NCBI GenBank assembly: GCA_963752565.1
Contig: CAVVZC010000021.1
Span: 64,934 to 128,933, forward strand
Length of the DNA: 64,000 nt
DNA from: an uncultured delta proteobacterium
GTDB lineage: Bacteria > Desulfobacterota > Desulfobacteria > Desulfobacterales > UBA11574
Direction: 5' to 3'
In this document: piece by piece, positions 39,460 through 49,447 of the stretch
How positions within the stretch are numbered: position 1 is the stretch's first letter
How the letters are laid out: each line of letters begins with the position of its first letter
The notes under the pieces: generated by a model
Database searches by the model: none
What the model was told of the DNA's origin: nothing
The model's input: the letters and a program-made list of their open reading frames with translations, nothing else
Program-made: the position numbers and the translations under genes

Positions 39460-40920
39460 ATGTGGGTAGAACTCCGGAAAATCCACAAATATTATGGGCC
39501 GGTAAAGGCCAATTACGGAGTTAATCTTACCATTGAGCCAGGCACTATCCATGGCATTCTCGGTGAGAATGGTGCGGGCAAGACCACATTAATGAAAATA
39601 CTTGCAGGTTACAGCGAGAAAACCAGTGGCACTATTCTTGTTGATAATTCCCCTGTAAATTACAAGACCCCTGCCCAAGCCTCGGAACTGGGTATCGGTA
39701 TGCTTTACCAGGACCCTCTCGATTTTCCCCTTCTGTCGGTGTTGGACAACTTCATGTTGGGACAAACCACCGGAATAGCAGACAAGAAAAAAACATTTAG
39801 AAAGATTTTTGAAAAGACTTCAGATTCATTTAATTTTTCTCTTCAACCGGATACTTTTGTTAAACGTCTTACCATTGGTGAAAGACAGCAACTTGAGATT
39901 CTGAGGCTTTTGGCCCGGGGAATTCAGGTCCTGATTCTTGATGAACCCACCACCGGCATATCCAGTTTGCAGAAAAAGACCCTTTTTCAGGCCCTTAAAA
40001 AACTCGCTTCAGAGGGTAAAAGCGTCATCCTGGTGTCTCACAAGCTGGAAGATGTACAAGCCTTGTGCGATAAAATAACCGTGCTGCGACAGGGAGCCGT
40101 AGCGGGGCAAATGGAAAGACCTTTTAGTATAAACATTTTGTTGGAAATGATGTTCGGTTCACCCCCTCTCCCACCCACACGTGCGCAATTAAAAACCGGG
40201 GAAATCATCCTTGAGATGAATCAGGTATCTGCTCCAGGGGGTCGCACAGGTTTAAGAAACTGTGACATCACCGTTCGCCACGGAGAGGTGATCGGTTTGG
40301 CCGGCCTTGAAGGAAGCGGCCAGGACGTTTTCCTCAGAATCGCAGCAGGTCTGAAGCAACCGTCCAAAGGATCCATACATCTTCAGGGCGTGAAAATGAA
40401 CGGCAAGGATTATCATACATACAAAAACCGGGGCGTAACCTACTTGCCGGGCTCTCGCCTTGAAGAGGGATTGATATCAGGATTGAGCATCGCCCAGCAT
40501 CTTTTACTTCAGGACAAACAAAAAGGGGTTTTTGTAAAAAGTGTTCACGCCTTTCGAAAAGCGCAAAAGAGCATCGCCCAGTTTCGAATCAAGGCCGAAC
40601 CGGAATCTTTTGTAGAATCTCTTTCCGGAGGGAATCAACAACGCCTGCTTCTTTCTTTCCTGCCCGCCGATCCGATTTTGCTTCTATTGGGGAACCCAAC
40701 AAGAGGGTTAGACATGGAATCTGTTCTCTGGGTTTGGCAGCACCTCCATCAATATTGTGCACACAAGGCATGTATTGTTTTTTCATCTTCAGAACTCGAT
40801 GAAATCCTGATGAATGCAGATCGAGTGCTGGTCTTTTTTGATGGCACTATAATTAAAGATGCACGGACAGAACAAACAGATGTCCATGAACTTGGACGGG
40901 CTATTGCAGGCAAAACTTAA
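39460..40920 (+). CDS. ABC transporter ATP-binding protein with duplicated ATPase domains
   Basis: 486 aa. Walker A GENGAGKTTLMKIL, signature-like LTIGERQQ, Walker B LILDEPT, and second-domain LSGGNQQR. Confidence 0.85.
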   Translation: MWVELRKIHKYYGPVKANYGVNLTIEPGTIHGILGENGAGKTTLMKILAGYSEKTSGTILVDNSPVNYKTPAQASELGIGMLYQDPLDFPLLSVLDNFMLGQTTGIADKKKTFRKIFEKTSDSFNFSLQPDTFVKRLTIGERQQLEILRLLARGIQVLILDEPTTGISSLQKKTLFQALKKLASEGKSVILVSHKLEDVQALCDKITVLRQGAVAGQMERPFSINILLEMMFGSPPLPPTRAQLKTGEIILEMNQVSAPGGRTGLRNCDITVRHGEVIGLAGLEGSGQDVFLRIAAGLKQPSKGSIHLQGVKMNGKDYHTYKNRGVTYLPGSRLEEGLISGLSIAQHLLLQDKQKGVFVKSVHAFRKAQKSIAQFRIKAEPESFVESLSGGNQQRLLLSFLPADPILLLLGNPTRGLDMESVLWVWQHLHQYCAHKACIVFSSSELDEILMNADRVLVFFDGTIIKDARTEQTDVHELGRAIAGKT

Positions 40921-40946
40921 CCCAGATATTTCATGAACAACATAAT

Positions 40947-41993
40947 ATGAGGATATTTTTTAGATACATACTTGAAGGTATGCTGACACTGTTTGCGGTG
41001 TTTTTTTTCACCACAATAATTCTACTTGTTTCCGGCGCCCCGCCTTTTGCTGCCTATTATCATATTTTCAAAGGATCACTGGGATCCTGGATAAAATTGG
41101 GACAGGTGATACAAGTCTGGATACCGCTGACGCTTTGCGCTGCAGGCCTTTTATATACATTCAGAATCGGTCTCTGGAACATCGGTGTTGAAGGGCAGGT
41201 CATGCTGGGCGCCGTGTTCACGACAGCAGTTCTTAGGATTGACGCGGCAAAGAGCATGCCGATGCTTTTTATTGGCCTGTCGTTTCTGGCCGGCATCTCA
41301 GGTGGTGCGATATGGGCGATCGTTGCAGGGGTTTTAAAAACAAAAGGGGGAGTTAATGAAATTTTTGCAGGACTGGGGCTTAACTTTGTCGGTCAGGGGG
41401 TTATCCTTTGGCTGATATTCGGACCTTGGCGGCGTCCCGGAATCGCTTCCATGAGCGGAACCGAACTATTTCCTCAGGAGTTGTGGCTTCCCTTTTTTCC
41501 GACCTTACGGCTTTCCCCTGTGGGGCTGGTTCTCGCTTTGTCAGCCCTGGTTTTAACAGCACTGTTACTGCGTTATACTCATATAGGATTAAACTTGAAA
41601 GCCATCGGAAACAATCGCGATGCAGCCTATCTGTTCGGTCTGAGACCCGACCGATATATGATCATTGCCATGATTTTCGCCGGAGGGTTTGCGGGTCTGA
41701 CCGGGAGTATTCAGGTTACCGGCGTGTATCATCGTCTTTTGCCGGCCATTTCCAGTAACTACGGTTACCTGGCCCTTTTGGTAGTGATGCTTGCAAACTA
41801 CAATGTGTGGATAACTCCCTTAGTGGCTTTCTTTTTTGCGTGCTTAAACGTCGGCAGTATCCAACTTCCCATGATGCTTGAACTCGATTCGTCATTAAGC
41901 GGAGTGATTCAGGGCTCGCTGGTTTTGGCAACGCTGGCCGTATATTCATGGCGAATCCACGGGAAAATGTCCGGAGGAACCGCTGCGACATGA
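40947..41993 (+). CDS. ABC transporter permease (BMP/nucleoside type)
   Basis: 348-aa polytopic protein in operon position. Confidence 0.75.
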   Translation: MRIFFRYILEGMLTLFAVFFFTTIILLVSGAPPFAAYYHIFKGSLGSWIKLGQVIQVWIPLTLCAAGLLYTFRIGLWNIGVEGQVMLGAVFTTAVLRIDAAKSMPMLFIGLSFLAGISGGAIWAIVAGVLKTKGGVNEIFAGLGLNFVGQGVILWLIFGPWRRPGIASMSGTELFPQELWLPFFPTLRLSPVGLVLALSALVLTALLLRYTHIGLNLKAIGNNRDAAYLFGLRPDRYMIIAMIFAGGFAGLTGSIQVTGVYHRLLPAISSNYGYLALLVVMLANYNVWITPLVAFFFACLNVGSIQLPMMLELDSSLSGVIQGSLVLATLAVYSWRIHGKMSGGTAAT

Positions 41994-42970
41994 CTGAGCT
42001 TGATTTAACCATATTATTTGCCGGCGTAGTGGCTGGAGCAGCGCCCATCGTCCTGGCGACGCTGGGGGAAACGATTACGGAAAAAGCAGGAATTATCAAC
42101 CTCTCCCTGGACGGAACCATACTCTTGAGTGCCATGGCTGCCTTTGTTGTTGCCTTTGAAACCAACAATATTTTATTGGGCTTTGCTTTTGCTGCCGTCG
42201 TGGGGGGCATTGTTGCGGCAATCGTAGCGTTTTTCAGCATCTACCTTAACCAATCACAGGTGGCGGTGGGATTCGTTCTAACACTCATGACCCGTGACCT
42301 TGCCTATTTCCTCGGCAACTCTTATTCCCGTCTGCAGGGTCCCCAAGTTGATCCTCTTCCGGTTCCGCTTTTAAAAGATATACCCTTTCTTGGACAGATA
42401 TTTTTTAATCAAAACCTATTGGTTTATTTCAGCCTGGCCATGATCGTATTTTGCTGGTGGTACATGTATAGAACTCCGCTTGGGTTGCAGCTCAGATCTG
42501 TGGGGGAAAACCCCCGGGCATCCTATGCCAGAGGGATAAATCCTAAAAAGCAGCAGATGATCTATTCAATTTGTGGCGGTCTGCTTGTGGGGCTTGCCGG
42601 GGCAACGTTTTCTCTGTCTGTGAAGCCGGGCTGGGGACGACCCCAGGGAGCTGAGGGAGTTGGATGGATTGCCCTTGTACTGGTTATTTTCGGCGGGTGG
42701 AATCCGATAAAGGCCGCTATGGGTGCCTATCTTTTTTCATTTTTGCAGGTCATTGGAATATACTGTCAGGGATGGTTGCCGTCCGTTCCGGCCCAGGTAT
42801 TCCAGGTGGCGCCTTTTCCATTGATGATTTTTGCCCTTCTGGTCATGTCTTTGGCCCAGAAAGAGTCTGTGCTAAACTGGGCTGAAGATAACATCCGAAT
42901 AAAATCAATATTGGCGTTTTTTTCCGGCAGCGTTCCAACCTCCTTGGGCAAACCTTTCAGACAGGACTGA
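41990..42970 (+). CDS. ABC transporter permease (second subunit)
   Basis: Polytopic protein. ATG 41990 overlaps the previous stop (ATGA). The track ORF begins earlier, at 41948. Confidence 0.75.
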   Translation: MTELDLTILFAGVVAGAAPIVLATLGETITEKAGIINLSLDGTILLSAMAAFVVAFETNNILLGFAFAAVVGGIVAAIVAFFSIYLNQSQVAVGFVLTLMTRDLAYFLGNSYSRLQGPQVDPLPVPLLKDIPFLGQIFFNQNLLVYFSLAMIVFCWWYMYRTPLGLQLRSVGENPRASYARGINPKKQQMIYSICGGLLVGLAGATFSLSVKPGWGRPQGAEGVGWIALVLVIFGGWNPIKAAMGAYLFSFLQVIGIYCQGWLPSVPAQVFQVAPFPLMIFALLVMSLAQKESVLNWAEDNIRIKSILAFFSGSVPTSLGKPFRQD

Positions 42971-43068
42971 TTGACAACTTTTTTAATCTATTATATAAAT
43001 CGCAATACATTTTTCAATATCATATATAAGTCCAACCTCAACGAGGTCCAACCAGTGGAGCAACAACG

Positions 43069-43815
43069 ATGGTAAAGGTCGGAATTATCGGAGGTTCCGG
43101 ACTGGATGATCCCGGAATACTCAGCAATCCAGAGGTTATACAAGCAGACACCCCTTATGGAAAACCGTCTTCTGCATTATCTGTGGGCCAGATTAACGGG
43201 GTCGATGTTGTTCTTATTGCAAGGCACGGGGAAAAGCACAAGTTGAGTCCGAGCCAGGTCAACTACAGGGCAAATATTTACGCTTTAAAGGACCAGGGCG
43301 CGACTCATATCCTTGCAACAACGGCCTGCGGAAGTCTTAAAGAGGACATAGAAAGAGGACATTTTGTCATTGTTGATCAGTTTATTGATTTTACAAAACA
43401 CCGAAAAATAACATTTCATGATTCCTTTGAAAACGGGGCTGTGCATACGGCCATGGCCGAACCTTTTGACATCGACCTGCGAAAGACGCTTTATAAAGCA
43501 GCAAAAGATTTAAATTATGAAACCCACTACGGTGGAACAGTGATAACCATCGAGGGGCCGAGGTTTTCAACCAAAGCAGAGTCAAAGATGTTTAAGATGT
43601 GGGGAGGGGATGTTATCAACATGTCGATAGCGACCGAGGCGGTTCTGTCAAATGAAGTAAAGATACCGTATGCGGTGGTCGCCATGTCTACCGATTACGA
43701 CTGCTGGAAGGAAGATGAGGAGCCGGTTTCATGGGAAGAAATCCTGGAAGTATTCAACCAGAATGCTGATCGAGTTAAAAAGCTTCTAGTGAATGCTGTT
43801 TCAAACATCGCCTAA
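43069..43815 (+). CDS. mtnP: S-methyl-5'-thioadenosine phosphorylase (purine nucleoside phosphorylase family 2)
   Basis: 248 aa. VGIIGGSGL N-terminus and the TIEGPRFST and NMS...EA motifs typical of MTAP. Confidence 0.75.
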   Translation: MVKVGIIGGSGLDDPGILSNPEVIQADTPYGKPSSALSVGQINGVDVVLIARHGEKHKLSPSQVNYRANIYALKDQGATHILATTACGSLKEDIERGHFVIVDQFIDFTKHRKITFHDSFENGAVHTAMAEPFDIDLRKTLYKAAKDLNYETHYGGTVITIEGPRFSTKAESKMFKMWGGDVINMSIATEAVLSNEVKIPYAVVAMSTDYDCWKEDEEPVSWEEILEVFNQNADRVKKLLVNAVSNIA

Positions 43816-43843
43816 AATCTGCAATTGCCGATTTCGCTGCAGT

Positions 43844-43886
43844 TGCAAGTTGAGCTTGCGAAATCCCGCTTGCGGGGGCGCAGGGC
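43844..43886. repeat. 43-nt double-hairpin repeat, copy 2 (TGCAAGTTGAGCTTGCGAAATCCCGCTTGCGGGGGCGCAGGGC)
   Basis: 41/43 identical to 23278-23320. Starts 29 nt after the mtnP stop. Followed by the further hairpins GCAGGGCG...CGCCCTGC and CCCGCC-ATA-GGCGGG. Confidence 0.8.
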
Positions 43887-44121
43887 GTGAAGCTGTAATA
43901 AGCTACCGCGAACGCCCTGCAACACAGTCCCGCCATAGGCGGGATGAAAGGGGTGATCCTGAAGGGTGAAAAATTTTGAAAAATTCGTAAAAGTCAATCC
44001 ACAGTAATAAAGTAAGTCAGGATCTACTTCAAGAAGGGGTTTATCTGTTTAGAAATATTGTTTATATTTTCCTTTTCAAAAATTTTCATGCAGTTTTTAG
44101 GTATTAAGTGAGGGAGTTAAT

Positions 44122-44643
44122 ATGAATCTTAAAGAAAAGATCAGAACCGTGCCACACTGGCCCATTGAAGGGGTGATGTTCCGGGATATTACGACCCTTT
44201 TGCAGGACCCCGCGGCATTCAAAGAAACGTGTGACATGCTTTATCATCGTTACCGGGACATGGAGGTTGAGAAGGTGGTCGCCATTGATGCAAGGGGATT
44301 CATTTTCGGTGCAGTGCTGGCCTATAAACTTAACGTCGGGTTCGTTCCTGTAAGGAAAGCAGGGAAACTGCCCTATAAAACCATCAGCGAGTCTTACACC
44401 CTTGAATACGGTGAGAGTATGGTAGAGATGCATGTAGATGCCATTCAAAAGGGTGAAAGGGTCCTGGTAGTAGATGATCTGATCGCTACGGGCGGAACGA
44501 TATCCGCAGCAACAAGGCTGGTCGAAAAACTGGAAGGTGAAATCGTTGAGTGCGTATTTATCATAGAACTTCCTGACCTTAATGGTATGGAAAAGATAAA
44601 AAAATATAAAGCGTTTACTTTAACCGAGTTTGAAGGAGAGTGA
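44122..44643 (+). CDS. apt: adenine phosphoribosyltransferase
   Basis: 173 aa. FRDITTLLQDP and PRPP-binding VLVVDDLIATGGT. Confidence 0.9.
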   Translation: MNLKEKIRTVPHWPIEGVMFRDITTLLQDPAAFKETCDMLYHRYRDMEVEKVVAIDARGFIFGAVLAYKLNVGFVPVRKAGKLPYKTISESYTLEYGESMVEMHVDAIQKGERVLVVDDLIATGGTISAATRLVEKLEGEIVECVFIIELPDLNGMEKIKKYKAFTLTEFEGE

Positions 44644-45422
44644 TTGATCTGGATTATACCTAAACCGAACATTCAATAGTTCTCTCGGCCTGCAATCCAT
44701 CGGATAAAAGGTTTAAACGGAGTCAAGTCTTCCAAAAATCAGCGGTTTACCAACATTTCTTACGAAATTGCCTATAAGTTCGAAACCCTTCAAAAAATTA
44801 TTCCTCATGATACCGGAAGAAACAATGCTTTTGAGATTATGTCGAGCGTTGATCAATTGCCATATACAATAAAGGCCAAACTTGAATCTGTCAGACATAT
44901 CACAGGTTTTTGAGATGGATGATATTTTTGTCTTTTGGATGGCTATCTGAATATTCATCAGGGTGAAAAGGAACTCGGATCATCATCCTGACTGAATTAA
45001 ATGAAGAACTGATAAAGACAAAGCATCATAAATTTAAAACCGGCCTGGATCTAAACAAAATTATACAAGATGTTGTGTTGACGGGATGACCAGGTTTTCA
45101 TTAAAATATTGAATCTGAGCGACAGATAGGTTATTAGTATCACATCGGATTGGAATCATTAGATATCTGGACTTTTTGCAGGATATCTCAAACTGGGAAT
45201 CAATTTGAATAACAAAAAGGCAAATCTTAAATCCTACTTTTTAGCAATCCATTAGTACCTGTTTTGAATGGACAGTTTACAAAAAAAATAGTGTTGATTT
45301 TATTGGTCTTTTCTCATACTCAATAACAAACAGGAAAGAATTCCATTCCTTTTCCATTGAAATCTCCAATTAATTTCACACTCCCTTATTACGATAATGG
45401 GTTTAGGCGGGAAATACTTGAT

Positions 45423-48029
45423 ATGATAAGATTAATAAGCATTTTTTTATACTTGATCTTCTATGCATGTTCCCCATATTTCGCATTTGCCGTCACCTCG
45501 GATGAAAAAGACAAAAAGCAGGTGCTGGTGGTTCACTCCTATCATATTGGATATGCATGGACGGGCGAAGTGATGAATGGATTCCGCGATGTACTGAACA
45601 AACATAGCGATCTGGAAGTCTTCATCGAATATCTGGACGCCAAAAGGTATTTTGGAAAAGCTTATTTTGAAAATATGAAACAGATATATCGAGACAAATA
45701 TAAGAACAGAGGCATCGATGTAATCATCATATCCGATGACGAAGCTTTCGATCTGGTGTTGGAAATCAGAGCAGAATGTTTTCCCAATGTCCCTATTGTT
45801 GTCTGCGGTTTGAACCAGGATCTTAAAATTATTTCCAATATCAACTTCGCGTATGCGGTGAAAGGAGGTCATGATGGTATCAGAACCACTATAGACTTAA
45901 TTCTATCGCTTCAGCCCGATATTGAGACCGTTTTCTTTGTCAGCGATGATTCAAAAACTGGAAAGTCTAAACTGGAAACTGTTCGTCAATTGCAGCCGGC
46001 TTATAAAGAAAAAGTCGGGTTTAAATATCTGTCAGAGATGCGTATGGATGAACTCCAAGCAGCTTTAAAGAGACTTCCTAAAAAATCAGCAGTCTTTAAC
46101 TTAATATTTATTAGAGATTCCTCAGGGAAGGTCTTTTCCATAAAGGAAAGTTCGCAGATGATTGGAAATAGTGCTGGGGTGCCTGTGTATCGCTCATGGG
46201 GCTTTCAGCCCGATACAAGTATTATGGGGGGTCATATTAATACCGGTTTCGTCCATGGTAAAAAGACAGCGCAGATCGCGTTGAAACTGCTTAACAATGA
46301 AGAGAAATTAAAAATACCTTCCATTCAGAAAGTAGACCTATTGTATATGTTCGATTACAGGGTAATGAAACGCTTTAATATTGGAATCAAAGATATTCCT
46401 GAAAACAGTGTCGTATATAACAAACCATTTTCCATATATGAAAAATACCGATGGCATATTGTTGGTATTGTCGTCTTTGTTATTTTACAGACAATACTAA
46501 TCTTGTTTTTGGTGTTAAACCGTTCAATGCGAAGAAGGTCTGAGCAGGAGCTGAAAAAAAGCGAAGTGAAGTACCGCAATCTGGTTGATAATTCCATTGT
46601 CGGAGTCTTCCATTCTCGTCTCAATGGTGAATTGATTTTTTCTAACGACGCCCTGGCTCAGATACTCGATTTCGACAGCCCCGAACAGATGGTGGCCGAG
46701 GGGACTCTTCCTCGCTGGAGTAATCCAAACCAGCGCGAACAATGGCTGGCCGCACTTCAGGAGCAAGGCAGCGTGAGAAATTTCGAAATGGAAGCCATCA
46801 CTCATACCGGTCGAAAAATCCACTGTCTCTTCTCGGCGAATCTGAATGCGGACAATATCTTGGGCATGGTGATGGACATCACCAAACGCAAGCAGACAGA
46901 AGAGGCGCTAAAAGACAGTGAAGAAAAATTCCGGAACTTGATGGAACAATCTCCGTTTTCTATACAGATTATAAAACCTGATGGGCGAGTAGATCAGTTC
47001 AATAAAGCGTTCATGGAGCTCTGGGGTATATCTGAGGAAACATTGCCGGAGGTTCTTGAAAAGTATAACGTTCTCGAAGACGAAGAGGCCAGGAAACTGG
47101 GCGTTATTCCACTTATTGAAAAGGCTATAAGGGGAGAGGCCGTGATACTGCCGGAGATAGAATATGATGCATCCAGAACGATGGAGAACCTCGATATCGT
47201 CGGTACTGACAGCAAAAAACTATGGATTCAGGCCCGATTGTATCCGGTCAAGAACAAAAAAGGCGAGGTTACGAATGTTGTTTTTATAGAGGAAGACATC
47301 ACCGATCGCAAGCAGGCGGAAGAAAAGATTAACAACTATCAGGAACGTCTCAAGGCGCTGGCGTCTCAGTTGACCGTCACCGAGGAAAAAGAGCGCCGCC
47401 GCATTGCTGTTGACCTGCATGATCAGATCGGCCAGTCCCTGGCCCTGGCGCGCATACAGATAGCTGCGGCGAAAAAGTCTGCCGTTGACGACGGGCTGGC
47501 GGCCAAGCTTGACGACGTCTCGGAAATTCTGCGTGAGGCTGTCCAAGACACGCGGCACCTCATTTTTGATTTGAGTCCTCCGGTGATGCATGAAATCGGC
47601 CTGGGTGCAGCCATATCCGAATGGATCGATGATCAGATAGGAAAACGTTACGGTCTAAAGACAGAGTTTTTCGACAACATCGATCAAAGCTATAGAAAAA
47701 CGCTGGATGAAAACGTGCGGGCCATTTTGTTTCGAAATGTGCGCGAACTGCTCATCAACACGGTTAAACATGCTCAGGCCAATCAGGTGAGTGTATCGAT
47801 GGAAATTACCAATGGCCTTCTAAAAATCGTTGTCCGGGATGACGGTGTTGGGTTTAAATTTAGATCGGAATTGCAAAGTGTGAAACTTGATGGCAGTTTC
47901 GGTCTGTTCAGTATCAAAGAACGCATGGCCGATCTGGGCGGCACATTGGAAATCGAGTCCGAACCCGGCAAGGGGTGTACGGTCATCCTCAGCATGCCCT
48001 TGGATAGCGGATTGGCCTCCGGCTCGTAA
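45423..48029 (+). CDS. sensor histidine kinase: periplasmic ABC-substrate-binding-like domain, TM, 2 PAS, HisKA_3 + HATPase (NarL-type)
   Basis: Signal/TM start MIRLISIFLYLIF. The sensor begins KKQVLVVHSYHIGYAWTG. H-box ERRRIAVDLHDQIGQSL. G-box GFGLFSIKERMADLGGTLEIESEPGKGC. Confidence 0.85.
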   Translation: MIRLISIFLYLIFYACSPYFAFAVTSDEKDKKQVLVVHSYHIGYAWTGEVMNGFRDVLNKHSDLEVFIEYLDAKRYFGKAYFENMKQIYRDKYKNRGIDVIIISDDEAFDLVLEIRAECFPNVPIVVCGLNQDLKIISNINFAYAVKGGHDGIRTTIDLILSLQPDIETVFFVSDDSKTGKSKLETVRQLQPAYKEKVGFKYLSEMRMDELQAALKRLPKKSAVFNLIFIRDSSGKVFSIKESSQMIGNSAGVPVYRSWGFQPDTSIMGGHINTGFVHGKKTAQIALKLLNNEEKLKIPSIQKVDLLYMFDYRVMKRFNIGIKDIPENSVVYNKPFSIYEKYRWHIVGIVVFVILQTILILFLVLNRSMRRRSEQELKKSEVKYRNLVDNSIVGVFHSRLNGELIFSNDALAQILDFDSPEQMVAEGTLPRWSNPNQREQWLAALQEQGSVRNFEMEAITHTGRKIHCLFSANLNADNILGMVMDITKRKQTEEALKDSEEKFRNLMEQSPFSIQIIKPDGRVDQFNKAFMELWGISEETLPEVLEKYNVLEDEEARKLGVIPLIEKAIRGEAVILPEIEYDASRTMENLDIVGTDSKKLWIQARLYPVKNKKGEVTNVVFIEEDITDRKQAEEKINNYQERLKALASQLTVTEEKERRRIAVDLHDQIGQSLALARIQIAAAKKSAVDDGLAAKLDDVSEILREAVQDTRHLIFDLSPPVMHEIGLGAAISEWIDDQIGKRYGLKTEFFDNIDQSYRKTLDENVRAILFRNVRELLINTVKHAQANQVSVSMEITNGLLKIVVRDDGVGFKFRSELQSVKLDGSFGLFSIKERMADLGGTLEIESEPGKGCTVILSMPLDSGLASGS

Positions 48030-48050
48030 AGAGTAATGGAAGAAAGCAAA

Positions 48051-48178
48051 GGTTTCAGGTGTCAGGTGTCAGGAAAATAGAGGTTTCAGTATTCAGTGTT
48101 CAGGTTTCAGCGGTTCCCTTTTTCTTTCCCGACACCTGACACCTGACACCTGACACCTGGTATCTGACACCTGAAACC
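48051..48178. repeat. long hairpin built from 7-nt tandem repeats, (GGTGTCA/GGTTTCA)n ... (TGACACC)n
   Basis: Left arm GGTTTCAGGTGTCAGGTGTCAGG. Right arm CGACACCTGACACCTGACACCTGACACCTGGTATCTGACACCTGAAACC. Starts 22 nt after the kinase stop. Confidence 0.85.
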
Positions 48179-48228
48179 TACATGTGCCTGAACTCAGAAC
48201 TCAGAACACCTCAAAGAGGAAATGACTA

Positions 48229-48286
48229 TTGACAAACCGAGTGCATCAGAATAGCATGACCATATAATATGTTAATAAAATATGGT
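48229..48286 (+). promoter_or_regulatory. candidate sigma70-type promoter (TTGACA-17-TAGCAT) and operator-like inverted repeat ACCATAT-N14-ATATGGT upstream of the antitoxin gene
   Basis: Hexamers at 48229-48234 and 48252-48257. Inverted-repeat arms at 48259-48265 and 48280-48286. Confidence 0.4.
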
Positions 48287-48309
48287 TTAACCATGCAAGG
48301 GGGTTCCTG

Positions 48310-48501
48310 ATGGCATTAGTAAAAAAAACCATAGAGTTGGACCAGGATGCAATCAACAGGATTAAAATAGCGTTGAATGCCAAAACAGAAAAAGAAGCGA
48401 TCAACACGGTATTGAAGCAATTCGACACCGATATTCGATTGGCGGAGATTACGTTTCAAAATGCCGGTTCCTATGATTATGAATCGGTATTCGAGGACTG
48501 A
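48310..48501 (+). CDS. type II antitoxin (VapB-like)
   Basis: 63 aa. TIELDQDAINRIKIALNAKTEKEAINTVLKQF matches the small antitoxin pattern. The stop lies 2 nt before the PIN gene start. Confidence 0.65.
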   Translation: MALVKKTIELDQDAINRIKIALNAKTEKEAINTVLKQFDTDIRLAEITFQNAGSYDYESVFED

Positions 48502-48503
48502 TT

Positions 48504-48923
48504 TTGCAGCAAAAAATTATCATTGATACAAATATTTACATCGATATTTTCAATAGGGGGCTGCAAAAAAATCTGAACAATCCGCTTAAGTATGTCGTTT
48601 TTTTAGCCCATCCGGTTCTTCATGAACTGTGGATGGGGGCAAAAGGGAAACGCGAAATCAAACACCTCTCTGAATTTCAGAACCGGTTTGTTCAGTTGAA
48701 GCGTATCGTTGTTCCCACGGTTTCCACTTTGATTGTTATCGGGCAGGCCTGTCAAAAACTCCGAAGCTCCGGCAGGCTTGACCCCACGCATCCAAAGCAT
48801 TACAACGATATATCTATTGCAGCCCTGGCGCGTCAGGTCGGGGCCACCGTGATCACTCAAAATATTCGCGATTTTAAGACGATTCAAAAAGTTATCGACT
48901 TTGAGTTCGAACGACAACCCTAA
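48504..48923 (+). CDS. PIN-domain toxin (VapC-like ribonuclease)
   Basis: 139 aa. N-terminal IIIDTNIYIDIF acidic motif, later D-containing segments (HYNDISIAALA), TTG start. Confidence 0.7.
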   Translation: MQQKIIIDTNIYIDIFNRGLQKNLNNPLKYVVFLAHPVLHELWMGAKGKREIKHLSEFQNRFVQLKRIVVPTVSTLIVIGQACQKLRSSGRLDPTHPKHYNDISIAALARQVGATVITQNIRDFKTIQKVIDFEFERQP

Positions 48924-48929
48924 AAAGGA

Positions 48930-49388
48930 ATGGAGTATTGGAGTGATGGAGTGGTGAGAAAGAACCGAAACCGCGGATACCAAAAGTTAACGGTGTGGAA
49001 AGATGCCATCGAATACTATGTGCTGACGTGTGATGTCTTTCGGTCTTTTCCTTTCGAGTTGAAGCGGGTGTCCTCACAACAGATAGCATCATCCGATTCT
49101 GTTCACCGAAATATCGCGGAGGGATACTGCCGACGTTCGATCAAGGAATACCTCAATTTCCTGAACATTTCTCTGGGTTCTTTGGGTGAGTCCGTATCAG
49201 GGCTCTTCGGTTATGTTAATGCAAAACAAATATCCAAGGCACATTTTGAGAAACTCGATTCCTTAGCCTATAAACTTGAAAATGGGCTTTTGAAGCTTGT
49301 TGAAAGCCTGGAGCGAAAGCGAGACAAAGGAGAATGGATTGACCATTTGGTTGTCAAGGAAAGCAATGCCGTTTATGGAAAAGAGTAA
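48930..49388 (+). CDS. four-helix-bundle protein (23S rRNA intervening-sequence protein family)
   Basis: 152 aa. YQKLTVWKDAIEYYVLTCDV, SVHRNIAEGYCR and EYLNFLNISLGSLGES are characteristic of the family. The first about 9 codons are encoded by the (GGAGTNNN)3 repeat. Confidence 0.75.
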   Translation: MEYWSDGVVRKNRNRGYQKLTVWKDAIEYYVLTCDVFRSFPFELKRVSSQQIASSDSVHRNIAEGYCRRSIKEYLNFLNISLGSLGESVSGLFGYVNAKQISKAHFEKLDSLAYKLENGLLKLVESLERKRDKGEWIDHLVVKESNAVYGKE

Positions 49389-49390
49389 CC

Positions 49391-49447
49391 CAATACTCCA
49401 TCACGCCAGCACTCCAGTACTCCAGTACTCCAACTCTCCAGTTCTCC
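49391..49447. repeat. 8-nt-periodic (ACTCCNNN)n block, inverted partner of (GGAGTNNN)3 at 48927-48958
   Basis: CAATACTCCATCACGCCAGCACTCCAGTACTCCAGTACTCCAACTCTCCAGTTCTCC on the right versus GGAATGGAGTATTGGAGTGATGGAGTGGTGAG on the left. CCAATACTCC and ACTCCATCAC are exact complements of left-arm strings. Confidence 0.8.

Noticed and set aside
44713-44958. 81-aa minus-strand ORF in the 780-nt gap between apt and the kinase, considered as a transposase remnant
   Set aside because: I recognise no transposase or other motif, there is no SD, and no inverted repeats flank it. Left unannotated.
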